Below are positions 47,584 through 57,616 of a stretch of 64,000 nt of DNA, one piece after another; position 1 is the first letter of the stretch, and the number at the start of each line of letters is the position of its first letter. The DNA comes from Sideroxydans sp. (GTDB lineage: Bacteria > Pseudomonadota > Gammaproteobacteria > Burkholderiales > Gallionellaceae): contig WGNQ01000014.1 of the NCBI GenBank assembly GCA_016124455.1, forward strand, positions 26,892 through 90,891, in the 5' to 3' direction. The notes under the pieces were generated by a model. The model was not told the origin of the DNA and did not search any database. It saw only the letters and a program-made list of their open reading frames with translations. Position numbers and translations under genes: made by a program.

Positions 47584-48517
47584 CGCGTTTTTCAAGTATG
47601 GCTTCAACCAGGTAGCGCGGACGATGGCGCACCTGCTGATAGATGCGGCCGATGTATTCGCCGAGCAGTCCGATGCCGAACAGCGCAATGCCGATCAGGA
47701 AGAACATCAGCGCGAACAGGGTAAACAGTCCCTCCGCCTCCGGCCCGATGATCAGGCGGCGTACCGCGAGGAAGATGAAAAACAGGCCGGAGAACACCGA
47801 TACCGCCATGCCGGCCATGGAGAACATCTGCAGCGGCATCAGCGAAAAGCTGGTCATCAGGTCGAAGTTGAGGCGGATCAGGCTGTACAGCGAATATTTC
47901 GATTCGCCCGCCGCGCGCTCTTCGTGCCCCACGACCACCTCGGCGGGATTCCGCGCAAAACTGTAGGCCAGCGCCGGGATGAACGTGTTCACCTCGTGGC
48001 AGGAATTGATCGCATCGATGATCTGCCGGTCGTAGGCGCGGAACATGCAGCCCTGATCGGTCATCTTGATGTGGGTAATGCGCTCGCGCAGGCCGTTCAT
48101 CGCGCGCGATGCGACGTGGCGCCACATGCTGTCGTTGCGCTGGCGGCGGATCGAGCCGACATAGTCGTGGCCCTCGTCCATCTTGGCCAGCAGCAAGCTG
48201 GTATCTTCCGGCGGATTCTGCAAATCGGCATCCAGCGTCACCACGCGTTGCCCGCGGCATTGCTCGAAACCGGCCATGATCGCCATGTGCTGGCCAAAAT
48301 TACCGTTGAACAGCACCACCCGGGTCACCTCGGGTCGTTTCTGGAATTGCTCGCGCAGGATGGCTGCAGAACGGTCGCGGCTGCCATCATTGACGAACAC
48401 GATTTCGTAGGCAATGCCGAGCTGGTCGAGCGCCGGGTACAGCCGGTCGAACAAGGCCTGCAGGCCCTGCTCTTCGTTATAAACGGGGATGACGACGGAA
48501 AGTTGGGGATTGGTCAT
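47576..48517 (-). CDS. arnC: Undecaprenyl-phosphate 4-deoxy-4-formamido-L-arabinose transferase (GT2)
   Basis: 313 aa. LSVVIPVYNEE, DADLQNPPE and two C-terminal TM helices. Confidence 0.88.
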   Translation of the reverse strand: MTNPQLSVVIPVYNEEQGLQALFDRLYPALDQLGIAYEIVFVNDGSRDRSAAILREQFQKRPEVTRVVLFNGNFGQHMAIMAGFEQCRGQRVVTLDADLQNPPEDTSLLLAKMDEGHDYVGSIRRQRNDSMWRHVASRAMNGLRERITHIKMTDQGCMFRAYDRQIIDAINSCHEVNTFIPALAYSFARNPAEVVVGHEERAAGESKYSLYSLIRLNFDLMTSFSLMPLQMFSMAGMAVSVFSGLFFIFLAVRRLIIGPEAEGLFTLFALMFFLIGIALFGIGLLGEYIGRIYQQVRHRPRYLVEAILEKRDE

Positions 48518-48561
48518 GGGGCAGCATTTTAGCGCAGAGCGTGCATATAGCGAAATGCCGC

Positions 48562-49683
48562 TTATCTCGCCAACACCTCTCGCACCGCTGCGACGACACG
48601 CGCCACATCGGCTTCAACCATCCTCGGGAACAGCGGCAGGCTGACGATGCGGCGGCCGACACTTTCGGCAACCGGGAACATGCCTTCGTGGAAGCCTCGT
48701 TCGCGATAAAGCTGGAACAGGTGGATGGGCGGATAATGCACGCCGCAGCCGATATCGCGCGCCTTCATCTGTGCCATGAACTCGGCACGCATGACCGTTT
48801 CCGGCAGCACGATCTGGAACATGTGCCAGTTGCTGTTTTCGAAATCCGCCACCGGCAATTGCACACCGGTCTGGAATTCGAAATCCGCGCCAAAAGCGGT
48901 AAAGTAATGCCGCGCCAGCGTGTGACGGCGCGCGGTAATAGCATCGAGTTGCGGCAACTGGTTAAGGCCGATGGCGGCAGAAATATCGGTCATGTTGAAC
49001 TTGCCGCCCAGCACATCGACTTCCATGCCGTCGAAACCACTGCGCGTGACGCCTTGCAGCCGGTATTTCTCGGCAAGCAGCACTTCATCGGCATTGCCCA
49101 TCACCAGACACCCCCCTTCGGCAGTGGTGAGGTTCTTGTTGGCCTGGAAGCTGAACGAAACCAGGTCGCCAAAACTGCCGATACGCTTGCCGCGCCAGGT
49201 GGAACCGATGGCTTGCGCGGCATCTTCCACCACGCGCAAGTTATGGCGTTTGGCAATGTCGTACAGCCGGTCCATATTCACCGGCAAGCCCGAGAGATAG
49301 ACCGGGATGATCGCGCGCGTGCGCGGCGTGATGGCGGCCGCGACCTGGTCGAGATCGATGTTACGCGTAATCGGGTCGATATCGGCGAACACCGGCGTCG
49401 CCCCAACCGCGAGGATGACATTGGCCGTGGCCACCCAGGAAATCGGCGTGGTGATGACTTCATCGCCGGGCCCGATACCCGCGATGCGCAGGGCAATTTC
49501 CATGGTGCAGGTACCGGAATTGAAGGTGCGCACCGGCCGGCCGCCGAAATAGGCAGACAGCTGCTGCTCGAACTCCTGCACCCTGGGGCCGCTGGTAATC
49601 CAGCCCGAACGCAGTACTTCACCGACCGCCGCAATGGCGTCCTCGTCGATGTAAGGTTTGGTGAAAGGCAGAAATTCGCTCAT
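48562..49683 (-). CDS. arnB: UDP-4-amino-4-deoxy-L-arabinose--oxoglutarate aminotransferase (DegT/DnrJ/EryC1 family)
   Basis: MSEFLPFTKPYIDEDAI N-terminus and PLP-Lys region (SFSFQANKNLTTAEGG). GGAG lies 7 nt upstream of the ATG at 49683. Confidence 0.88.
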   Translation of the reverse strand: MSEFLPFTKPYIDEDAIAAVGEVLRSGWITSGPRVQEFEQQLSAYFGGRPVRTFNSGTCTMEIALRIAGIGPGDEVITTPISWVATANVILAVGATPVFADIDPITRNIDLDQVAAAITPRTRAIIPVYLSGLPVNMDRLYDIAKRHNLRVVEDAAQAIGSTWRGKRIGSFGDLVSFSFQANKNLTTAEGGCLVMGNADEVLLAEKYRLQGVTRSGFDGMEVDVLGGKFNMTDISAAIGLNQLPQLDAITARRHTLARHYFTAFGADFEFQTGVQLPVADFENSNWHMFQIVLPETVMRAEFMAQMKARDIGCGVHYPPIHLFQLYRERGFHEGMFPVAESVGRRIVSLPLFPRMVEADVARVVAAVREVLAR

Positions 49684-49696
49684 GGATGCTCCACTG

Positions 49697-50068
49697 TCAG
49701 GCACGGGAAATGATGGCCACGCCGAGGATGATCACACCGATGCCGATCACCTTGGCCGGGTTGAACGCTTCGTTGAACAGCCACCAAGCCGCTACCGCAT
49801 TCACCACGTAGCCCAGGGACAGCAGCGGATAGGCGATGCTGACCTGTACCCGGGACAGCGCCAGGATCCAGATCACCACGCTGAGCCCGTAACAGGCCAT
49901 GGCACTGATGATGTGCCATTCGGTAGCCAGCTTCCAGCCGATCGGCAGGATGTTGTCGCGACTGAATTCAAAATAGCCGATGCTGTTGGTGCCGGCCTTG
50001 ATCAGCAGCTGGGCGGCGGCATTCAGCATGACGCCGGCGATGATCAAGCTGAAACTGACCAGGTTCAT
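49697..50068 (-). CDS. ArnE/ArnF-like small (SMR/EamA-type) flippase subunit; single copy
   Basis: 123 aa, 4 TM (MNLVSFSLIIAGVMLNAAAQLLIKAG...). Its start overlaps the arnT stop, and it lies between arnT and arnB. Confidence 0.7.
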   Translation of the reverse strand: MNLVSFSLIIAGVMLNAAAQLLIKAGTNSIGYFEFSRDNILPIGWKLATEWHIISAMACYGLSVVIWILALSRVQVSIAYPLLSLGYVVNAVAAWWLFNEAFNPAKVIGIGVIILGVAIISRA

Positions 50069-51735
50069 GGCTTGCTCACCACTACAAATTGTTCGTCGCG
50101 GAAAATTTCCCTCATCGCCAGCCCTTCGCTTTTCAGTTGCGGATAAACGTACACCGGCATGATTGCCAGCGCCGCCGGTTGCGCCTGCCAGGCTTTCACG
50201 AAGCCGGCGATATCGGGAATCCAGCGCTGCGGTTCGCGCATGATACCGAATGCCATTTCATCCTGATAGGCAACCAGCGTAAAGGTGCGCTTGAGGTAGA
50301 ACGGCAGGGTCTGCTCGTACATTTTCACCGAATAGAACGGCTCATCCGGCTTGACCAGCGGGCGAATGGCCTCGGCAATATGGTAGGCGGAGCGTTCGCG
50401 CGCCACCGTGTTATGGCCGGAGACGCCGAGTTGCGCAGCCAGCAATGAACTCAGCGCCAAGGCCAGCAATGCCGCCGGCTTGTTATTGCGGCGCAGCAAC
50501 ACCAGCCCGGCAAGCACGCCGCACAGCCAGACCACTGCCGCCGCGACCAGCCAGTGGGCATACTGGCCGTACATCTCGACCTGCAACGGGGTATCCGCCA
50601 GCTTGGCTGCGCTGGGCGCCAGCCCCAGTGCCAGCAATGCCAGCGGCAGCACAGGCGCGATCAGCCAGAACAGCCTGCGCGGCGCCATGATGACCAGTTG
50701 CCTGCCCGTCAGTAGTGCCAGTGCCGGGAACATCGGCAGCAGGTAGGACGGCAGCTTGGAGCCGGAAATCGAAAAGAACACATAGATGAACACCGCCCAC
50801 ACCAACAGGAAGCGCTCCGGATTGAACGATTTGTACTGGTGCGCACTGGCACGCCAGGTGCGCAGCATGGTGTCGAACATCAGCACGGTCCATGGCAGTG
50901 CGCCGGCCAGCAGGATGGGCACAAAGTAATACCAGGGATGAAAGCGCCCCAGTTGCTTGGTGGTAAAACGGATATAGTGTTCGTAGATGAAAAAGCGCTG
51001 GAAGAATTCGGGATTGGCTTTCATCACCAGATAGAACCACGGCGCGCACAGCAGCAGGCATACCAGCAACCCGGTTCCCAGATGCATGCGCTTCCATAAC
51101 CCGAAATCGCGCTGCAACACGGAGTAAATCACCAGCGCTGCACCCGGCAGCACCAGCCCCATCAGCCCCTTGCTCAACACGGCCAGAGCCAGCGCGGCCC
51201 AGGCCAGCCACATCCAGTTACGCCGGGTATATTTATTTATTCCCTGTTGCTGCCCCAGCAGCAGGCCAACGATACCCAGGGTGAGGAAGAAAGTGACCCC
51301 CATGTCCAGTGTGTTGATGTGTCCCATCAGCACATATAGCAGACTGCTGCCGAGCAGCAGCGCGGCATAACGGCCGGCCTCGCGCCCGAACAGGCGCGCA
51401 CCGGTAAACCACACCAGCAGTATGCCTGCAAAACCGGTCAGCGCATCCCACAGGCGCGAGGTCCACTGGTGGTCGCCGAATGCTTCATAGGCAACTGCGG
51501 TCGCCCAGTATTGCAACGGTGGCTTTTCGAAATACTTGAGGCCATTCAGGCGTGGCGTGACCCAGTCACCGCTCGCCACCATCTCGCGCGGAATTTCTGC
51601 GTAACGCCCTTCGTCCGGCTTGATCAGCTTGCGGTATTCGAGATTGCCGAACCAGATGACCACCACTGCAAGCAGCAATGCCCACAGCCAGCGTCCCCGT
51701 CCATTTCGGCTATTCATCTGTGCTGCGCCGGTCAT
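50065..51735 (-). CDS. arnT: Undecaprenyl phosphate-alpha-4-amino-4-deoxy-L-arabinose arabinosyl transferase (GT39/GT83-type)
   Basis: 556 aa, polytopic. N-terminal KPDEGRYAEIPREM and FEKPPLQYW motifs are typical of ArnT/PMT-type transferases. An alternative start lies at 51717. Confidence 0.85.
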   Translation of the reverse strand: MTGAAQMNSRNGRGRWLWALLLAVVVIWFGNLEYRKLIKPDEGRYAEIPREMVASGDWVTPRLNGLKYFEKPPLQYWATAVAYEAFGDHQWTSRLWDALTGFAGILLVWFTGARLFGREAGRYAALLLGSSLLYVLMGHINTLDMGVTFFLTLGIVGLLLGQQQGINKYTRRNWMWLAWAALALAVLSKGLMGLVLPGAALVIYSVLQRDFGLWKRMHLGTGLLVCLLLCAPWFYLVMKANPEFFQRFFIYEHYIRFTTKQLGRFHPWYYFVPILLAGALPWTVLMFDTMLRTWRASAHQYKSFNPERFLLVWAVFIYVFFSISGSKLPSYLLPMFPALALLTGRQLVIMAPRRLFWLIAPVLPLALLALGLAPSAAKLADTPLQVEMYGQYAHWLVAAAVVWLCGVLAGLVLLRRNNKPAALLALALSSLLAAQLGVSGHNTVARERSAYHIAEAIRPLVKPDEPFYSVKMYEQTLPFYLKRTFTLVAYQDEMAFGIMREPQRWIPDIAGFVKAWQAQPAALAIMPVYVYPQLKSEGLAMREIFRDEQFVVVSKP

Positions 51736-51822
51736 GGCGCTTTTTGTGGAAAACGGAACGGGCTGCCAACAGCTTCATGCGGATGCTTTCTGGATAGGAT
51801 GGGACCATGTGGAAAGCGGATT

Positions 51823-53154
51823 CTAGCTTGTCCTGCCCTTTTCCTTCAACTCGGTGCGCGCCCAGCCATGGGCGAAGGTAATATCCAGCCGCGCGCCGGG
51901 CACAAGCTGGTCACTGTCCGACACGATATTGCCCTGCTCGTCGCGCACCAGACTGTAGCCGCGTGCCAGTACCTGTTGCGGATCGAGGTGCAGCAGATGC
52001 TGGTACAGGCTGCGCAAGCGCAGGTCGAAGCGCTGCACGTTACGCTGCATGGCTTCCGCCAGCCGCTGTGCCAGCTCTACCTGCCGCAACTCCAGCCGTG
52101 CCGGTTCCGGGCGGGCGACCTGCAGGCGCTGCTGCACTGTCTGCCAGCGCCACTGCCGCTGCTGCATGCCATGCCCGAGTGCGTTACGCATGCGCTGCTG
52201 CAAGTGGGCCAGATGTGCCAGCTGTTGCCGGGCACGTTGCGCCGGATGCACCAGCCTACGCTGCAGGAAATCAAGTTGCTGCGTACTGCGTTCGTAACGC
52301 CGCAGGCCGGCATGTTGCAGGCGCTGCGCAAGGCGTTGCAACAGCAGCAGCAGTTCCTGCCGGTCGGGCACCGCCAGTTGTGCAGCGGCGGTTGGCGTGG
52401 CAGCGCGCTGATCAGCCACGAAATCGGCGATAGTGAAATCCGTCTCATGTCCGACACCGCTCACCACGGGAATATGGCTGGCGGCAATGGCGCGCGCCAC
52501 CACCTCCTCGTTGAATGCCCACAGGTCCTCAATGCTGCCGCCACCACGGCATACCAGAAGCACATCGCATTCGGCACGCTCGCTGGCCAGCCTGATAGCC
52601 TGGGCGATCTTCTGCGCCGCCCCTTCGCCCTGCACCGGTGTGGCATACAGCAGCACCGGCATGCCCGGCATGCGTTTCGCCAGCGTGGTCAGCACGTCGC
52701 GCAAGGCAGCCGCCTGCGATGAAGTAACGATGCCGACCTGCTTCGGAAACACAGGCAATGGACGTTTGCGCACCGCCTCGAACAGTCCCTCGCCCTCCAG
52801 TTTTTTCTTGAGCCGCTCAAATGCCTCATACAGCGCACCCAGTCCGGCGGGACGCATCTGCTCCAGCGTCAACTGAAAATCGCCGCGCGGTTCGTACAGC
52901 GTGGCCAGTGCCAGCACTTCGACCTGCGCACCGTTCCTGGGCTGCCAGTCGAGATACTGGCTTTTGTGACGGAACATCACGCAACGTACCTGCGCCTGCT
53001 CGTCTTTCAGGGAAAAATACCAGTGCCCGGAAGCCGCACAAATAAAATTGGAAATTTCTCCGCGCACCCACAGCAATGGCAAATTGTTTTCCAACAATTG
53101 CTTAGCCGCAGAATTGAGTTCGCGGACGGTAAAAATGCGGTTTCTATCGTTCAA
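51823..53154 (-). CDS. xseA: Exodeoxyribonuclease VII large subunit
   Basis: 443 aa. IFTVRELNSAAKQLLE, OB-fold (LWVRGEISNF), RGGGSIEDLWAFNEE and a C-terminal coiled-coil region. Confidence 0.92.
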   Translation of the reverse strand: MNDRNRIFTVRELNSAAKQLLENNLPLLWVRGEISNFICAASGHWYFSLKDEQAQVRCVMFRHKSQYLDWQPRNGAQVEVLALATLYEPRGDFQLTLEQMRPAGLGALYEAFERLKKKLEGEGLFEAVRKRPLPVFPKQVGIVTSSQAAALRDVLTTLAKRMPGMPVLLYATPVQGEGAAQKIAQAIRLASERAECDVLLVCRGGGSIEDLWAFNEEVVARAIAASHIPVVSGVGHETDFTIADFVADQRAATPTAAAQLAVPDRQELLLLLQRLAQRLQHAGLRRYERSTQQLDFLQRRLVHPAQRARQQLAHLAHLQQRMRNALGHGMQQRQWRWQTVQQRLQVARPEPARLELRQVELAQRLAEAMQRNVQRFDLRLRSLYQHLLHLDPQQVLARGYSLVRDEQGNIVSDSDQLVPGARLDITFAHGWARTELKEKGRTS

Positions 53155-53354
53155 AATTAGGCCGAAAGGTATATTGACAATTCATAATAATCCACAACTC
53201 CAGCAAATTTGCCGCCTCGCGCCAAATGTTCGCCCTCCCCCTTCGATAACTTACAGCTTCCCATTGTTTATAAAGGATTTAATTAAAGCTTAAAAAATGT
53301 GCAGCATAGCAATATTGGTTATTTCATGCGGGGTTAGCTAACCGTTCCGGACAA

Positions 53355-53388
53355 TCATGCACAAAGTTATCCACAGTTATTGTGCACA
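53355..53388 (+). promoter_or_regulatory. Array of three co-oriented DnaA-box-like 9-mers
   Basis: TCATGCACA (53355-53363), TTATCCACA (53367-53375, perfect) and TTGTGCACA (53380-53388), with starts spaced 12 and 13 bp apart. A fourth, TAATCCACA, lies at 53188-53196. All sit in the AT-rich 365-bp xseA/exbB divergent spacer. Confidence 0.5.
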
Positions 53389-53519
53389 AATAAAAATTTT
53401 CTTTTACGCTATCGGGTTAACTGCAAAACGCCTGTGCGGCAGATGAGAAATCTTGCTCAAACAAGTGCGACACGCTACAGTTCCGGTTTCCGAATTTAAG
53501 CACATCTGGAGAAGTTTGA

Positions 53520-54125
53520 GTGTACGCTATCGTAGAAGCTGCCGGTTGGCCCATCTGGTTATTGATTATTGCGTCCGTGGTTGCACTTGCCCTGATTGCT
53601 GAACGTCTGGCATTCCTGCGTAGCAAAAATATTACCCCGCCCGGCCTGCTCGCAGAAACCGTACATGAACTCAAGCAGCGCGGGGTCAGTGAAGCCATGT
53701 TGTCGCGTCTGAATGAAAACTCCCCCCTCGGCCGGGTGTTCGCCGCCGGCCTGAAGAATGTCAAAAGCACGCCGCAGATCATGAAGGAATCGATAGAGGA
53801 GGCCGGACGTACCGTCGCCCACGAGCTGGAACGTTTCCTCACCTCGCTCGGCACCATAGCATCGATCAGCCCGCTGCTCGGCCTGTTCGGTACAGTAGTC
53901 GGCATGATCGAAATCTTCGGCGCGCAGAATGCCGCCGGCAACACCCCGGCCGTACTGGCGCATGGCATCTCGGTGGCCCTGTACAACACCGCTTTTGGCC
54001 TGATCGTCGCGGTACCCAGCATGATTTTCTACCGCCATTTCCGCGCCAAGGTAGACAGCCTGGTCATCGAAATGGAGCAGCAGGCAGTCAAGCTGGTGGA
54101 AATCGTTCACGGCGACCGCCGCTAG
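53520..54125 (+). CDS. exbB: MotA/TolQ/ExbB-family proton channel protein
   Basis: 201 aa. GTG start preceded by GGAGAAG. Conserved TM2-TM3 region SPLLGLFGTVVGMIEIF and ALYNTAFGLIVAVP. Confidence 0.85.
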   Translation: MYAIVEAAGWPIWLLIIASVVALALIAERLAFLRSKNITPPGLLAETVHELKQRGVSEAMLSRLNENSPLGRVFAAGLKNVKSTPQIMKESIEEAGRTVAHELERFLTSLGTIASISPLLGLFGTVVGMIEIFGAQNAAGNTPAVLAHGISVALYNTAFGLIVAVPSMIFYRHFRAKVDSLVIEMEQQAVKLVEIVHGDRR

Positions 54126-54143
54126 GTCGAAGGAACTGTCCAG

Positions 54144-54566
54144 ATGAACTTTCAGCGCGGACGCTCACGCGAAGAGCCGGAGATCAACCTGATTCCGATG
54201 ATAGACGTGCTGCTGGTGATCCTGATTTTCATGATGGTCACCACTACCTACGCCCAACTTTCCGGATTGCAAATCAACCTGCCGCAAGCCAATGGCGAGA
54301 AAACATCGGCCAAGGAAACACAGCAGATCAACGTTTCCGTCGATGCCACTGAACATTATGCATTGAATGCCAATCCGGTAAATTTTACCGGCGTGGACAA
54401 ACTGGCCGAGGATCTGCGCAAGACCGCGGGTAACGCGCAAGATCCGGTGATCATCATCAATGCCGATGCCAAGACCCCGCACCAGGCGGTAATCAATATC
54501 ATGGAAGCCGCGCGCATCGCAGGCTATACCAGCATTACCTTCAAAACCGAAGACTTGCCCAAATAG
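54144..54566 (+). CDS. exbD: ExbD/TolR-family biopolymer transport protein
   Basis: 140 aa. EINLIPMIDVLLVILIFMMV, with the conserved Asp in the single TM helix. Confidence 0.85.
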   Translation: MNFQRGRSREEPEINLIPMIDVLLVILIFMMVTTTYAQLSGLQINLPQANGEKTSAKETQQINVSVDATEHYALNANPVNFTGVDKLAEDLRKTAGNAQDPVIIINADAKTPHQAVINIMEAARIAGYTSITFKTEDLPK

Positions 54567-54579
54567 GCCGCCCCAATCC

Positions 54580-55581
54580 ATGGACGGGCTGCAACGATAC
54601 TGGTACCGCATTACTCCACTGCACCTGATCCTGTTGCCGCTCAGCCTGCTGTTCCACCTGCTGGCCGCAATGCGCCGCATGCTCTACCGCAGCGGCTTGC
54701 TGCCCAGCCGTAAGCTTCCGGTACCGGTGATCGTGGTGGGCAACATCAGCGTCGGCGGCAGCGGCAAAACACCGCTCACCCTGTGGCTCGCACAGCAGCT
54801 GATCGAGAACGGCTGGCATCCCGGTATCATCAGCCGCGGCTACAACCACAACCAGCCGTCACCGGCCTCGCCGCAGGCAGTCTACGCGACCAGCGACCCG
54901 GCCGAAGCGGGCGACGAACCGCTACTGATGGCCCAGCGCAAACTCTGCCCGGTGTGGATCGGCCGCGACCGTGCCGCAGCCGGGCTCGCGCTGCTGCAAG
55001 CACATCCGGAATGCGACGTGCTGCTCAGCGACGACGGCTTGCAGCATTACCGCCTGCGACGTAATGTCGAGATCGCCGTGGTGGACGGCATCCGCCGCTT
55101 CGGCAACGGCCTGCTGCTGCCGGCAGGACCGCTACGCGAACCGCCATCACGCCTCAGCACCGTCGATGCCGTGGTAACTCATGGCGGCGGCCCCGCACCC
55201 GGCGAATTTTCCATGCAGTTGCATGGAGACATTTTCTACAACCTGCTCAACCCGGAAACCACGGCCCGGCCCGTCGACTTTGACGGCGCGCGTATCCATG
55301 CGATTGCCGGGATCGGCCATCCCGAACGCTTCTTCGGCCACCTGCACAATCTGGGTATCCGCGCACAAACGCACGCCTTCCCCGACCACCACCGCTACAG
55401 CCCGTCCGATCTCGCATTCGCCGATGCCGATGCGATACTCATGACGGAAAAAGATGCGGTAAAATGCGCCGCATTCGCCTCGGAAAAATGCTGGGTACTG
55501 CGTGTCGATGCGCAAGCCGATCCGTCGCTGTTCCAACACCTACTGGAAAAGATTGCCCCTTATGGACACCAAACTGCTTGA
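54580..55581 (+). CDS. lpxK: Tetraacyldisaccharide 4-prime-kinase
   Basis: 333 aa. P-loop [17 protein letters not shown], and DDGLQH motifs. Confidence 0.92.
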   Translation: MDGLQRYWYRITPLHLILLPLSLLFHLLAAMRRMLYRSGLLPSRKLPVPVIVVGNISVGGSGKTPLTLWLAQQLIENGWHPGIISRGYNHNQPSPASPQAVYATSDPAEAGDEPLLMAQRKLCPVWIGRDRAAAGLALLQAHPECDVLLSDDGLQHYRLRRNVEIAVVDGIRRFGNGLLLPAGPLREPPSRLSTVDAVVTHGGGPAPGEFSMQLHGDIFYNLLNPETTARPVDFDGARIHAIAGIGHPERFFGHLHNLGIRAQTHAFPDHHRYSPSDLAFADADAILMTEKDAVKCAAFASEKCWVLRVDAQADPSLFQHLLEKIAPYGHQTA

Positions 55582-55746
55582 TATCCTCGTCTGCCCGCTG
55601 TGCAAATCCCCGCTGGTCTACCGCAAGGCAGAGCAGGAGCTGGTCTGCAAGGCCGACAAACTGGCCTTCCGGATCCGAGATGGCATCCCGGTCATGCTGG
55701 CGGACGAAGCGCGCAAAATGACCGCGGAAGAAGTCGACCAGCTCAG

Positions 55747-55750
<4 letters not shown>
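55562..55750 (+). CDS. Trm112/YcaR (UPF0434) family small zinc-ribbon-like protein
   Basis: 62 aa. [18 protein letters not shown] ... [14 protein letters not shown]. Conserved lpxK-ycaR-kdsB arrangement. The start overlaps the lpxK end by 20 nt, and the stop overlaps the kdsB ATG (ATGA). Confidence 0.85.
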
Positions 55751-57592
<1,842 letters not shown>

Positions 57593-57616
57593 TTTTCCGC
57601 GGGCGCCGCGGCCCGC

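Noticed and set aside
53171-53196. Possible Fur box (TTGACAATTCATAATAATCC) upstream of exbB.
   Set aside because: My best alignment to GATAATGATAATCATTATC gives only about 8 of 19 matches. This exbBD pair belongs to the lpxK-kdsB-linked paralogue group rather than a TonB iron-uptake operon, and no tonB is present.
53155-53519. Whether the 365-nt gap hides a structured RNA such as tmRNA or RNase P RNA.
   Set aside because: The region is AT-rich. It lacks the tRNA-like GGGG...TCCACCA ends of tmRNA and the GC-rich conserved helices of RNase P RNA. It is better explained as a divergent promoter and regulatory region.
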